This document shows positions 12,635 to 26,946 of a stretch of 64,000 bases of DNA, in pieces. The DNA is from Paraspadella gotoi (Eukaryota > Animalia > Chaetognatha): assembly GCA_051294375.1 (NCBI GenBank), contig CM119268.1, forward strand, positions 9,928,370-9,992,369, given 5' to 3'. The notes beneath the pieces are model-generated. The model made no database searches and was not told the DNA's origin. It saw only the letters and a list, made by a program, of their open reading frames with translations. The stretch's first letter is position 1; the number at the start of each line of letters is the position of its first letter. The translations under genes were made by a program, and so were the position numbers.

Positions 12635-15015
12635 TATAAGCCTTCCGAGCCTTCCGAGCCTTCCGAGCGTATTAAAACCCAGGATCGCAGGATTTTTTTA
12701 ACAAAAATAATTTTATTTAATTTAAAACTCAAAAAATAACAATGCAATAAAAAAGACTTCAATTGTCTTTTTATACCGTCATCTGATATAAAGTTATGGT
12801 CTGTTTCAACTTTACATTCCTCCTCGCCTTTCACAATCGAAACCATTAAAAGAAACATTTCACTTTTTTTTATATTAAATCCCTGATGATACACCATAGT
12901 CCTGATTATAATTCTGAATTAAATAATATACTGATAAGTCAATAAATTATTCATTGAATATTAAAAAAAAATAATTAAGATTTGTAAACAATAAAAACAA
13001 TTTTAAACCAAAATAGTTATGAAATTTTATGTCAATCATAATGAGAAAAATATGTATTTTATCAGTCCTGAACAAATTTTTAAAGAAAAAATAAACAGAA
13101 AATGACCCAAGACTAAAAAAAACACCCGGCAAAAAGCATGGGCGGAAGATCAGAAAAAGGGAAAAAACGAATAATGGGTCACCTTAACCGCGAGGCTCGG
13201 GATGCTAGACGCTCGGCATAGCCATAGGGGCGGCGCGGACACAGCCCAAAGAAGAGCGGCGCTCATCGCCGCCGAGCACGAGCAAAGCCAACCCCGTGGC
13301 ATTCATCCGGGCATCGGATAGCGAAGCAAGGGAACACCCTCTCTCAACGGCTTCCGGTGGTTGACTCTTGACTACCCAGGCCGTTTATTATTCAGCGATA
13401 ATTGTATTACAATGGAAACTGTCGGGAATTAACTGAATTATCCCAAATTTAGAAGCGGTGACAACAATTTTTAAGCAGGAATGGAATACGAATTCGTAAC
13501 AATCGATTGAGAAGAAACATGAGTGAGGCTACGCAATACGCATATTATGCCTAAAAACAGTCAACCATTCTAAACTAAAATACTAAACGATAAATAAGGT
13601 ACTGAGCAAAAAATTAATGAAATGATAAAACCACGTGGCTTATGGTTTTCAAAAAATCGGCTGAGGGGAAAGCGAGTCGAATTCCTGTGCCTGAAGCGAG
13701 ATCTTTAGTGAAGGAATGAACGATGTGCCAATCTCTTCTTTCTAAAACATAAAAGCCACTAATCAGAACCGACATCACGATCGACCGACGATAATCTTTT
13801 CATACGAAGTGAGTAGTCGTGATTCTCAAGCACCTAGATCTGCCAGCCCAACCTAAAAATTCTTGGCTCGATTCTACATTCTTTCTGATATGAATGAAGA
13901 TCGCTCCTGAAATCGATAGAGGGAAGGTCTCAACTTTGAAAATACAGACGGCAGTTCGCCCGGGTCTCAGCAAAGGTTAATCTCGCAGGTTCCTCCCACC
14001 ACAGTTGTAGGCGTAGCTCTCAGTACAAGGTTCAAAATATCGCTCTTTACAAAACCAGATATCTATATCGTCAAAAAGCATAATTAATAAATACAGGTTT
14101 TCGGATAGCCGAGTTTTTCTTGTTACAAAAAAATAATAAAAATGATAAAATAATAAAAATGATAACGATAATAATAATAATAATAATGATAAATTAATTA
14201 CTATGAATTCAAGGTTTTCTTAAAAATATAAATTAAATTTTATATGGTTATGGTCATATAGGTAGCTTTTTAGGTAATAAATTTAAAAACCCTTTCGGTA
14301 ATAACTTTATAACTTTTTTTGAACATATATATATATATATATATATTTAATATTTGCATATGATTTTTAAAACACTGGGCTTAAGCTAAGCCGAATTAAC
14401 AGTATGTTCTATTTGGAGACCAAAACTTAAAATAATTTATAATACAAATCTCGAACCAAAAAAATTCCCCATACTTTTCAAGATAATGTTTCATAATTTA
14501 CAACTTGTAATCGAAAATTAAGCATCCAGATATTGACATTTTAAACATTTGGACGGGCCAAATAATTTGGCTAGAAAAGCAAAAGAGCCATTTCCGCGCT
14601 GGAGGGAACGAGGAAGGCTTTCAGTACTGCCAATAAAGGGCAAAATTCATCGCATCCTCGGCTCCATATCCAGTTAACCCCACCACCCGGAAAATCCTAA
14701 CCGCGATACCACCGAACGCGAAAAAGGGGAAGTGGTACAGGGACGAGAGACTTAAATAAAAAAAAAAATCTCTCGCTCTCCGTTCTCTCGCTTCTCTCCT
14801 CTTTCGGAGCCCGCGTGGTGGGAGGCTACAGGCTGGTTGGCTGCAGCCAAATCCGTCGATGTGCGCCTTTTTCTGCAGCTGTGAGCTGGGCCCGCGAGTC
14901 ATGTGGCACGTCGCGGGCTATACGCGCCAACGATGGCCGCCGATATTATCCAGACCATACTTATTCCCCCCACCTCCCCACCAAAGCGAGGATTTAAAAG
15001 ATAAAACGAACTTAC

Positions 15016-15552
15016 CTTTTTAATTACGCAGCGGCGGACAAAGAAACGGCGAGGTTATTTGTCAACAAGAATCCGAGTATAGTTCCGCAGACGAAGGGGA
15101 AAGAGAGAAAACATCCTCCCACTCAGGATCCAAGCGTCGCTGTAAACGATCTCGATTCGGAGCGATGGAAGGAGACGCATCTCTCCGCGAGGAAGTCAGT
15201 CCGTCGGGGAGTAAGGTCCGCCGAGTGGACAATGACGCCACTGCGGTCGACGGGAGACGCTTTGCGTTGACCCTACGTCAAAATACGCTTCCGTAAAGCG
15301 GGGTTTGAACGAGGAACTACTTTTTGGTGGCTCGCGGAGGAAAATCTCCGCATCGACTCTCCTCTGGCTCCGACCGTTTGCTTTCCCTCCTCCGCTCGCC
15401 TCTTCTTCCTCTATATATTTTATGCAAAGCAGCAATTGGCGGGAGTCGGAACAGATTTGGAAGGAGTGCCTGGATAAATTAAGATTCTCTTCACGCCGAT
15501 TGGTCGAAAGATTTTGGTCAAAACCCGATTGGCCGAGACTGGATTGACGTCA
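15016..15552 (-). promoter_or_regulatory. Probable distal TFAP4 promoter and non-coding first exon
   Basis: On the minus strand: CRE TGACGTCA (15545-15552), three CCAAT boxes (15528-32, 15499-503, 15435-39), TATA-like AAATATATAG (15420-15411), then donor AAG|GTAAGT at 15016/15015. A matching acceptor TTCCAG lies at 9769. Confidence 0.55.
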
Positions 15553-16665
15553 GTCGAAGGGAATGTGTTGCTTCTCGATGAGGGAGGGATGTTGGGCGAC
15601 GGGTCGCTCAGTGCTCGAGACAGCTGATAACCGATTGAGAGGAGGAGAAGGAGAGAGAGAGAAAGAGAGAGAAGAAACCGAAGGAGGGAGCGAGAGAGAG
15701 GGAGACAAACACGGAAGAAGAGATGTGGATCAACTCTGAAACGCACGAAGAGTCGACCGTCCTTGAAAAGGGGCAAACCGCCACCGCCCTCGGGAGCAAG
15801 AGGCAGAGAGAGGGAGAGACCACGCCGTGAGAAATACTCGGCGAGCCCGGAGGAAGAAGCTCTGGAAAGGAGCGCGGGAGAAGGGAAAATATGGCGTGTT
15901 GAGAAGAGAGGAAATTAGCGGAGCCTTGCCACCCGGAAAGTCTTTCCGCCACGAGGCCGAGTGCTATATCAGCTAACGTTTATGTTTCAAATCGTTTCGC
16001 AAGACGGTTCGGACAAGTAAAACAACTGGCTGATGGGAGTTGTTGTCTTCTTGCTTCAAAAAGCACGTGGATACGTGTTACCAGTGCTGAAATTTAGAAC
16101 ATAAATTAGCATAGACCCAGAAATCATGTGGGATTACAGTAATGAGTGTCACTAGGAAGTAAAAAATGGGTCTTTGCTAAAAAATATCAGGAAACGAAAA
16201 GGAATAACAAGAATAACCAAGTTACTATAAAACACCTATACTATAGTATAGGCTATAGTATAATAATTAATACTGAAAAAAAAAACCTGTTTATTTTTAA
16301 CTTCCGAAGACAACTCATTATTGAAAAAATTCAATATCAACGGAACAAGCCCTAAAATCTTTCACACGAAATTACCAAAATTTGCACAAATACTAAAGTA
16401 TACACTGAAGCAGCAAGACCTAATGCTGCCTCACTACTGTCTGTCCTCAGCCTCGTCTCACTGGCTGAGCAGGCAAAATCATCTCGTTTCAACCGTGCGT
16501 CCCGGGATCAATCCCTGGGGTAGCCATAGACGATGAAATTTAAATGCTAATGTATACAGCGTTAAAATAACATACAATGAGTATAGATTATGGTATTAAA
16601 ACTGTGTCAAAACTGCTTTCTTCTGAGGGTACTAGCCTAATTAAAAATATTACATTAGTATTTTT

Positions 16666-16735
16666 ACAACGATTTTTATTACAGACTATTGGACATGTTT
16701 CGACTCTTATTTTTCGAGTCTTCATCAGCATTTGA
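16666..16735 (-). ncRNA. Minimal type I hammerhead ribozyme core in a Penelope-like terminal fragment
   Basis: Minus strand reads CTGATGA-A-GACTC-(9 nt)-GAGTC-GAAA-CATGTC, followed by the tail AATAAAAATCGTTGT shared with other copies. Confidence 0.65.
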
Positions 16736-17207
16736 CAGTTGTAATTTTCACAATCATAAAGTTGAAGAAAGAAAGAGAGAGAGATAGAGAGTTTCCAACA
16801 AAGAATTGAGAAAAGGCAGTGGTCAGATTTCAGGACAGGTGAAGGCAAGGACAGGAAAAAGGGAAAATGAGTTGATTTTTGAAATGGTGAAAATAAGAGC
16901 GAGAATGAGTGAGAAAGAGAGTGAGAGAGAAACATTACATTTTGAAATGTACAACAAAGATAAATGAATCAGTAAACTAAATGAATAATAGTAACAAAGA
17001 AATAATAAATAGTTGATTTAACTAATGGAGTATAAGTGAAAGTGAAAATTTGAAGAATAAGTGGTGACTGGTGAGGGATAGGTAAGTAGAGATTTTAGAG
17101 AAAAATTAAGTTTAAGATAGAAGCTCAAATTGAGCTCCCCCCCCGGCCGGGCAAATGGGGGACGTTGACGATGTGATCGGGTCATTGACTGAGAAGATAT
17201 TTTTGTA

Positions 17208-17287
17208 GACGACGACGACGACGCCACTTATGTGCAAAACCACAGCAAAATCGTCGCAAACGCAAAGCGATTGCGACGATAAAAAAA
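17208..17287 (-). mobile_element. HINE/DINE-like terminal fragment
   Basis: T-run plus ATCGTCGCA...TGCGACGAT inverted pair and (GTC)n; near-identical terminus at about 41980-42053. Confidence 0.55.
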
Positions 17288-17887
17288 ATTTTGCCAACTA
17301 ATCTGAAGTAGTGATTTTCCTCCTTGTCCAATTATGGAAAATAATATCGTCAAAAGCAAATTTATTAATAATAAAATAAGGAAAAACGATTGTAAAAATA
17401 TTAAAAAGTTTGGTAAATAAGTCAAGAAATGACTCTTGATAGAATTAGTTTACATTTCGAATCCCGAGTTTATTTAGGCGGTGATAAATGGACCGTTTTG
17501 TTTGAAGTTGAAAAGACATGATATGGCCTTTGAATTCTTCTTTTAATATCGCAAGAACATTTTTTTCAAACTGACTTCCAAATTATAAAATAAGAAATAA
17601 AAACTGACTTTCAAAATATAAAATAAGAAATAAAAATGTCTCTACAAGTAGAAATTTTATTTTTTGTTATTTTTTTCCTGGCAACCGACTGTAAGAAAAG
17701 GCTGGTTGATAAAAACGGTAAGTATTTTTTTTTTGACATGCACTCAAAATATCCATGCATCTTGTATGTTGATAGAATACTAGTTTTTAAGATAAAAGTT
17801 TTAAAACTATCAATTCAATTAAAATTTCAAATTTTAAATGAAATCAACAAAATAGAGACACATACAATTAATAATAATTTTAAAAAA

Positions 17888-20800
17888 TCAGCTCAAGCCC
17901 CCTCCGAGCAGTAGTTCATCGACTACCGCGTCAGAGCTGACGCGCGTCTCTCTCATAATTTCTCCACGCGACTTGAGCGCATCCGGTGCGGCGGAAAGTC
18001 TCGACGCTGACGCAAACGAACCGCCACCGCTGACGCAGTCCTCGCGAAAGTAATCGTCATCAATTTCGGGCGAAGATTTCATTGACACGTCACTTCCTTC
18101 GACGGTTGATTTGATGCCGGGGGAGATGGGAGAAGGAAGGCTCCAACCGCCCACGCTGCGGGCGTCGTCAGGGGGCAGTTCGAAAACGGCGCCGGCATGC
18201 AGGCTTGAATAGCCAGAAACAGAAGAAGCGCCGCTCGTTTGTCGAGAGTGACTTTTGGCTGAGTGTTTTCGTCGAGGAGGGCGTTCGGGTGTCCCGTCTT
18301 TCGGAGGATGGTCCGACAACGTGTGAGACGATTGGGAAGATGCGGAGGCCGCTGTTTCTTCCATTAGCGTCGGTGTGGCCGACAATGTTCCGTCAAGACC
18401 GAGAGTAGAGGCGTTAGGCGTTACTTCAGCCATAGTTTCTTTCGAGTCCACCGCCTTCACGACTTCGCCCTCGGAGAAGAGACTCGGATAATACCTGTAT
18501 AATAGAGCGTAGTATATATTTAGTAGTATCCTTACTGTCCTTACTGACACTCTTCAAACTTAATGATAAATATAGTTTTTAAACCGGACAAAAACATTTG
18601 TCATTTTAATCACTACAAAAAACTATTTTTGAAAATCTGCTAAAAACAAAATACTTTTTGGCCTTAATTTATAAGAATTGTATTTATGTTTTTAAAAAAA
18701 TTATAAATGGGAAATAAAAAAAATTAAAAGAGGAATACATATGTGTAACTGCTCTGATATTCTGTTTGAGTACTAAGAGGTTGAAACCTAGTAGTTACTT
18801 TTAAAAAATCACTGCTTCGTGCTTCGATCAACTTAAAAAGAAATATAACTCTTTTTTAAAAATTCGTGATAATGATCACCTTTTTATGACGAATCCAAAT
18901 CTGCAAAAAAATCTTATAAAACCATTTTAAAATTTTAAAAATTATAGAGTTAGTACAATGTACAAATATAACCTGTGTAAATTGCAAAATTTATAATAAA
19001 ATTTTTCTTTATATTAATGTTCATTGGTACAATGTTGTTCGTTCCTCAACTTTAATTAAAATTCTTAGAGTAAGTTTAGAACTTTTACTACGCTTTATTG
19101 TATATAATACAATTCTTGTGTTATGGAAAAATAATTGTAAATAATAATTGTAAATTAAAGTAAAGTTTAAAAGTCGCAACGACTTACCATTCGGTCTTCT
19201 TTTTCATGTGGTCTCTTTGCCACATATCGCGCAAGCTGCCGGCAAAAGGAATCCTGAGCGAGAAGGACTTGGTCAACGACGACGAGAGAGTTTTCGTTTC
19301 TTCGCGTTCGAAACCGTCGGGAATGCGGCAACCGGTCGTCGACGTCGGCGCAGCCTTGTACATTAAGTCGCCTGCGATCAGAGTCATGTCGACTCGAACC
19401 TTCAAGATCGAGTTGGCCAGACGCTGTTCGGACTCGTAGCCTTGAAGGAGGTAGGAAGCGGTGGTGGCGGTGATGGGAGATCCTTTCGAGTCGGTCGTCG
19501 ACGAACCCGATCCCTTGGCGTGCTCGGAGAGGTTAACGTCGGCGTAACCGAGCTTTTCTCTTCCGCGTCCGCCTTTCGTTTCGCGACGAAAAGAGACTCG
19601 GCACCTCGAGATTAAAAATTCAAAATTAAATTCAAATTTCGTTAATTCTTGGAAACATCAAATACAGTGGGTTTTTTTTTTTTTTTTTTTTGCTTACCTG
19701 CAGTTGTCAAGGATTCTAGTCGTCCCATCGGCGATGACTTTGCAGTCAAAACTAAAGATTTCGTTCCAGACCACGCGGTTGTTGGCGATTTCGCAACGGC
19801 GCGACGTTCCCTCAAAGTTTCCTCCTTGAAAAACAAACCATAAAAGCATTTAAAAAATCGGAAAATATACCTTTCGCCGACCGAAAAAGAATTTAACTAT
19901 ACTTATTTTTATAAAAATAATTTTAAAAAAATATTACCTTATTACCCTCACTTTAAACCCTCTTAACAAACTACCCTGACCTTAAAATACACTTAAACCA
20001 CCCTTAACCCTAAACCACCCCTAACCCCGGTCGGCGAAAATAAAATTAACCTCAAAGTATAGTGATCTTGCCAAAGAAAATTAATGAAAAATTCGGAAAA
20101 AAAGATTGATATAATAGTAATTGATTGATGTAATAGTAATTGATTAATATAATAGTAATTGATTGATATAATAATAATTGATTGATATAATAATAATTGA
20201 TTATTGATACGATTATAACCAAATATTGATGCGATGATAACTAAATGATGGCTGCGATGATAACCAAATGATTGATACGATAATAACCAGATGATTGCTG
20301 CGATTTCCAACCGCTGCAGATCAGATGAAACTGATTGAAAAAAAAAAATTACAATTGTTTATAATTAGAAATTATTACAATTTTTTATAATTGGAAGTTG
20401 TAATAATGTGTATTTTTATTTTTATTAAAATTTACATATAGCTTTTCATTATCAAAATCTTATAAATTATCACGTTTTATATTGATCTAAATATTTTTTT
20501 ATGGATTTCCTCAATATTATAACTTACTGCAATATACAAATTAAAATATAATATGAAATTGGTACTACCAATATAATATATACTAATTTACATATTACAG
20601 TAAATACTGTATTCTAATTTGCAATAAATAATAATAAGAAAAATTCAAACAAAAAATATTTGAATCTATATGCAATATAGACGCCGGCAGAAAGAAGCAA
20701 TTCTAAATATTTTTTTTTAATTGATAACAATTTTTACTCTAATCTTAAATCACCCTAACCTTAAATCACCCGAACCTCAGCCACCCTTAACCCTAAACAA

Positions 20801-21033
20801 CCTCTAACCCCAGTCGGTGAAAGTAAAATTATACCAATACGTCCTACACTGTTCTCAAGGATTCAGTTATTATGATTGCGCCATGAACTTGTAGATCCCA
20901 AACCATACTTACCATCCAAGAGTCGAATCTTTAAAAAGTAGACGCCGCTGGCGAAAGGGACGGCGCTAATCTCGCAGGCTTCGAATGAGGCTTTAAAGCG
21001 ATACTTGGCGTGGCGTCGCCCGAGGAAAGTCAT
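17888..21033 (-). CDS. FAM102A: EEIG1/FAM102 family NT-C2 domain protein (4 exons)
   Basis: [33 protein letters not shown]...VVWNEIFSFDCK...CRVSFRRETKGGRGREKLGYADVNLSE...LLQGY...NSILKV; C-terminal TRVSSDAVVDEL motif. Confidence 0.88.
19861..20050. mobile_element. Short MITE with internal CCCTAA-like repeats
   Basis: Inverted ends containing TTTCGCCGACCG / CGGTCGGCGAAA; related ends at about 20750-20834, 25312-25355 and 62250-62365. Confidence 0.55.
20055..20700 (-). mobile_element. HINE/DINE-like family copy with (ATTGATGTAAT)n repeats
   Basis: Shared end AAAGTATAGTGATCT(C/T)GCC and internal minisatellite, also at 31984, 39490 and 41618. Confidence 0.6.
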
Positions 21034-21921
21034 CGCGTCAAACTGGCGCCGCTTCACGAGCCAATCCAAAGAGCGGAGATCTGTAAATTTAGTCGGTTTC
21101 CAAACTGAACTCGAACTTTTGAGATCGCCGTCGATATCGACAAGAAAAACAGGAAAGTCCTCTTTCGTAACCAGGAGAGTTAAAAACGTCGCCTGATTAC
21201 ATCCGGATTTTTTCGAGTTTCTTTTTCGAAATTTTATGATTTGATCCGAGCTGATATTTTTCTTTGGCGAAAAATTTTCGCTCCGAGACACGAAGGTTCG
21301 ATTCTCAGGACCGATTCCGCTTTCTCGAAAGTTCGACGGGTCCACATCTTGAAGGAGAAATTCGAATTAGTATATATGGTGAAGAAATAGCTGCAGATAT
21401 TAAGAAGGGAATTACGTATAGAAAATGAAGTCAAATGTCAACAAAATTCTCAAAGAAGAGGCTTTTCGTCTGTCGTAGCTTATTTACAGAGAAAAAATCT
21501 ACGATTAGCGCTTTGAAAGAATGAGCAGCTTAATGTCGTCAAACGAAAAGGGGACGGAAATTTATAATCGACAGGACCTTACGAACAAGCAACAATCGCA
21601 TAAAAAGCGTTCAAGAAACTGTTTTTTCAATGCGCTTTTACATTATAACTCATGACAAAATATACAAATTTTCCTTTTTTTATTAAAGTAAAAGTATTTA
21701 TTTCATCCCGGTTAGTACATACCTATTATCTAACAATTACGTCACCAATTTTGTTAGGAATTTAACAAGCAAACTTTGCCCAAACATGTTATTTTCTAGG
21801 ACTAAAGATAGAGACGAATGTCGATATCTCCTATATTAAAAGAGCATCTGAGTTACGGTCGTCTGGACTTTACAATTTAATTATTAACGTATGTAGGTTA
21901 CTGAAAAAAAAATTATTACAG

Positions 21922-24900
21922 GGGTTCAACTGCTTTTGGCAGTCAAATTCTGTCCAGACTCAAAATCATCTCAAGAAGGGCGAAATCCATCACATTCATT
22001 GCGCGAACAACTTCACCTCATCGATAATTGCGAAAGGCAACTTAAAACTAACTATTGTTGATCAATCATAGTACTAGAAAATGATACGTAGGGTGGCAAT
22101 ATTTGTTCTGCATTACCATTAAATTATATTTATTTATTGGACAGTTCAATCTTTTCAATTGGTCTAAACGGGGCCGGGTTTCACGATGGGAGGCCACCAG
22201 TCGAGATTCCGTTTGCTCGAGGCACGGCCATATGGGCGATGGATTACGACTTCCCTCAAGGAAAAATCTTTTACACGGATATCGCCAATGGCGTGGAGAA
22301 AATCAAGTCGGCCTTTGTTTTCAAAATAGTTTATTTTTCAATTTGCTTAGATTATCTCAAACTTTTTAGGAGAATCGACTTTGACGGTAAAAACCCAGTT
22401 GTCATCGCAAATGAAACCCGAGCTCAGGTACTTTCTCAGGATATAAGAAGACTAATGTGAGAAGTTTAACCGAAATGATCGTTTCAGGGAATCGCCGTGG
22501 ATTGGATAGCAGGAAACGTTTACTGGGTCAATTATAACTTGCGCAGCGTAGAAGTTGCCACCAAAGATGGAGCACATCGAAAGACTTTGTACGAAACCAA
22601 CTCCAAAGGACTGCACGACATTGTCGTCCATCCCGAGAAGGGGTTAGTAAAATTGAACTCAATTAAGTTAAAAGAATTTCACTGAATACTCCATCCATCT
22701 TTCCAGTCTTTTGTTTTGGATCCTCGGATTTCACGACGGAAAAATCGAGAGGGCAGACATGAACGGAGATGAAGAAACTAGGGGCGCCATCGTCGAAGGG
22801 CTGAAATCGCCCACGGCCCTCACGGTTGACTATGACGCGGACCGACTCTTTTGGGCCACATCCGACGACGCGTTTCCTTACGACGAGGCCGTCGTGGAAT
22901 CCTGCGACCTTCGCGGGAGACGACGAATGACGTTGGCGCCGCGAAAAGACGATCAAACGCGACCCTTTGCCTGGGGAATCACTTCGGTAGTGCCGAGAGT
23001 ATGGCGATTCCGGATTTGCTCCAGTTATAATGCTTTATACTTATATGATCAACAGTTCAAGAAGTTTGTTTATTGGACTGACTACAATGATCAGTCAATT
23101 AGCAGAATACACATCCCGAAATATTCAGCCGACGAACATCTGCAAAGCCCTAACCACGTGTGGACAATTCCTTACATGGAAGGAGTCCTCACATATCTCA
23201 CAGGTTTATGATTAGTTTTGTCTTACAAAATTAATCACAATCGCATTAAGAGGGACATTGGTCTCTTTTGTCTCAGGCGTGGAGGCGGTCGCACGGGAAC
23301 GGCAAAACGGGACGCATCCATGTAAGCCTGGATGCAACATTTGTCAAAATATTTGTTTGGCCCGAGGGAGCGACTGTTACGAGTGCCCACAGGAGAAGGA
23401 CGCCAACGGATTAATCTTGAAAGGTTGCGGTTGCAACACTACGACCGCAACGACGACAAGCGCAACGACAATCGAAACTGTCACCATGGATCCAGTGGTT
23501 CCTCTGGGTAAAAACGAAATCATCCTCATTCCTCATTCATTACAAACCTTCCACTGGAAGGCTCCCATGTTCCACGGATGCAATTCTTAAATCTTTATCC
23601 GCCGCAGGAGTAACGCTTTTTGTCACCCATCACGATTGCGACATCGGTGACTGTTACAACGTAATCTACAAGCTACAATTGTTCCGTCACGAGAACTCCC
23701 ATAGATTTAAGACGACGGCGAAGACAATCCCAAACTCTTCCTCGATGAAGGGGTCACTGTGGAGCATCGACTATGGCTTTCACGAAGAGACACTTTTTTA
23801 TACCGACACGATGGCAGAAAGAATTCGGTAAAATCCAGCGAATTTTGATGTATGCCAGCACTAAAAATAGAGAACGGAGAAAACTTTACGTTTCTAATCA
23901 AATACAGGAAAATCAATATGGAAGGTGGAGAGCCCGACTCCCTGTTCTATTACGTTGAAGAAGGTAATAAAAAACAAAACGGACACGGACAAAACAGCTG
24001 GGTTTCCCGTGATGCCCATTGGGATAGGGCATCTCAGTTGGTTTTGGGGACTTTCGACCCTCACTTTCGTCCCTCAGTGACACCTCCTGTCACTGGCGCG
24101 GTTACCCTAGGACGGTCTCGCTTTGCTAACGCAGAGGGAAGTTATTAGGACTGTATGGAACGTAACGCTTGGGATGGTGCGTTCCTCTTCTGTGCCACTG
24201 GGATTAGCTGAACGATGATGAATATGAGTCGATGTGAATATACCGCCAAACTAACATTTCTGCCCAATAAGGCGGGTCAAAATTGATCACTTTTTATCAT
24301 TAAGACTTCTGTAATATATAATTCATTTGTCCATCATATACTTAATCAATATTTACTATCACTTTTTAAACTTAACACAGTATAACATTGAAGCATTTAA
24401 ATATTTATCAATGCATAGGCAATAAAAATTTTTTTTGGAAAAAATTGTATTTTTTAAGAACGGATTCAGATAGCCCATAAAAAGTTGTCTACACAAAGTA
24501 TAATGAGGGTCAAATAATGGAAAAACTCCATAAAATCATCATCGTATTAAGATTTTTATAGTTTTTCCTAATTTTAACCAATAAAAAATAAAAAATTGGA
24601 AATCTTGTAATAATATTTTTTATTTATTTTTTTAAGCTCTACCCGAATCAGTTTTTAAAATTTCTGATTTTGAAAAAAAATGTTCATGATTTATATTATT
24701 ACGATAAGCTTTAATTGCTTCTATGTGATTAACTATACATAAAATCTTTTTTTTTTTTTCAATTTCGTTATCCCACAGGGATGCTTTAACGTTATTTATA
24801 TTACAGAACCCTTAGTTCTTACTTTGTTCCGCCTTACTGCCCAATACTAGCATCTAGACCGGAACACCCGCACGGACTCGCCTACGATTGGATACGGAAA

Positions 24901-26946
24901 ATTTTATTCTGGACCGACACCGTCAACGGGCGAATTATTGTAAGCAGTGACATGGACAACCGTGAATGCAAAACATTTGTCGTGGCGACGGCAGCAGATT
25001 CGTTACTTTTTGACATCGCAGTTCATCCGATCAAGGGGTAGGGGGTTATTGTTAACCAAATTATTCCAATTAAGTATATAAGTAAACATTGAATGGCAAT
25101 ATTATACTTACGCCGACTGTAACCTTCCCATTCGGTTAGTTAAGGATTATGGGCAAGTAGGGGTTAGGGTTAAAGGTGTTTAGGATTGGTTAAAAGTGAT
25201 AAGGGTTAAGGGCAGTTATGATAGTTAAGTTAGTTATGCTAGTTAAGGTTTGAGGTAGAGTTAAGAGTAATTAAGAAAGATTAGTAGTTTTTTTTTACGT
25301 AATAAAAGTTTGGGTTAATTTTATTATCGCTAACCGGGGTTAAGGGTTAAGGGAAGTTTAGAATTAATGATAGTTTAGGTAGGAGTAACCCTACTCAATG
25401 AGTGAAAGAATACATGCTCAAACGAAAATTTATACATTCTTTATATATGCTCTATCAAAATCCATCAAAAAATTAAAAATTTTTTTTTAATAATGCAAAA
25501 AAGATAAATAATATTTAATGTAATGATAAAAAAGTATAATATAAATTTTTTTAAAAAATGATTTAAATATTTAGTCAAAACAACTAAAAACTTTATATTA
25601 TCTACGATAGCCAATAAAATTTAAATATTAATTTATACAAGATTAAAATAATCTATTATAAGCATAGATTATAATATTAAAATATTTTTTCTTTTTTCTT
25701 AAACAGAGAATATAAAATTGTACCCATTCGATCTTTTTTCAGACTTATTTTCTGGACCTTGAGAGGGGGAATCGGACGCTCTTTCCAGGATGGATCCGAT
25801 TATACTAAGGTAAGTAGATGTCATCGAATGACAAATTCTATGGCTGTATGGGAATGTCAATTCATTTATTCTTTAAGTTATCTTTTTTTTCCCTTTAGAT
25901 TGCTTTTGTTAGGAAACCAACAGCGTTAACCATCAATTACGAAAAAAATTATTTGTTCTGGATCGCTTCGCTAGATGGCATCGTGGAATCCGCAAAACTG
26001 GACGGGAGTGACAGAAGGACAGTTGCGCAAATTAAGGGTTGGTCTCATGGATTGACCACGGTAAATTTTTACTTTGAAATTTTTTTAGAGTAAAATTAAC
26101 CCAAATTGGATCTGTTAGGTACTGTTTGTCAAAGTCAAATGTAGTACTTCACTAAATAAAAAAAAATATTTTCGTAGTTGGGTGATTTCATCTACTGGAC
26201 GGAACGAGATGACGATTGCGTGGACAGTCGCCTCAAAAAATCAATCAATGGTGAATGCGAGGAAAACTCGGTTTTCCGCTCAAATATCAACGGTAAAAAC
26301 AAGGGGGGGGGGGCAGCCAGCTATAAATATAAAGCGTTATAACGACCGATTTTAAATTTAAAAGTAAATAATTATTGTTCTTTAGACGGCGTTCGACAAC
26401 GAGTATGGAACATCTCGAGAGGCCTTAACGTCGGCATCGAGGCCTTGCGACCCCAAAACGGGACGCCGCGATATTGCAACTGCGAGGGGATTTGTCTCGC
26501 GTAAGTGACGGTGGGTCGTATCTATCGATTTTTAGCTCCAACAGAACTTTGTTTCTTTAATATTAGTGGTCCGAGGGGTGACGTTTGCTCTGAGTGCCTG
26601 GGTAAAAACCCGCCGGACTACTGCGAATTACCGACGCCCCAACCTCAATTCGTTAGTTGGCTTTAAAAATTTAACAATTTACGTAAACGTAATGTTTTCT
26701 TTCGTTGCTTCCTTATCATCGTTACACTCCTATTTCTAGGAGGCTCTGCCTGATTGGACCGAGTATCGTCGCATCCCGACCGACGGAATTCTTTACATGA
26801 TAATCTTCGCAGTCGTCATGCTGCTTCTGACGCTGCTGCTGGCGTCGCTTATCAGCTGCGTACCTCGCGACTCTCAGCCGGAAAAACTACGAAGTCCGGC
26901 GCCAAATCAGTGCGTCACGATTCAGAGCGTCGCCCAGCCGAATTGA
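21922..26946 (+). CDS. LDL-receptor-family-like single-pass protein: two YWTD beta-propellers, each followed by an EGF-like module (cueball/LRP-like); 5' end unresolved
   Basis: IFYTD, IAVDWIAGNVYW, LTVDYDADRLFW, VYWTD, Cys-rich PCKPGCNICQNICLA, Thr-rich linker, LFYTD, LAYDWIRKILFWTD, FIYWTE. TM ILYMIIFAVVMLLLTLLLASLISC; stop at 26944-26946. Confidence 0.8.
23990..24250 (-). mobile_element. Diverged solo LTR, family A
   Basis: Colinear with 46229-46470, including the terminus GTGAATATACCGCCA. Confidence 0.65.
25130..25385. repeat. Degenerate TTAGGG-like array in intron
   Basis: GGGGTTAGGGTTAAAGG and GGGTTAAGGG units plus the family end motif. Confidence 0.55.
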
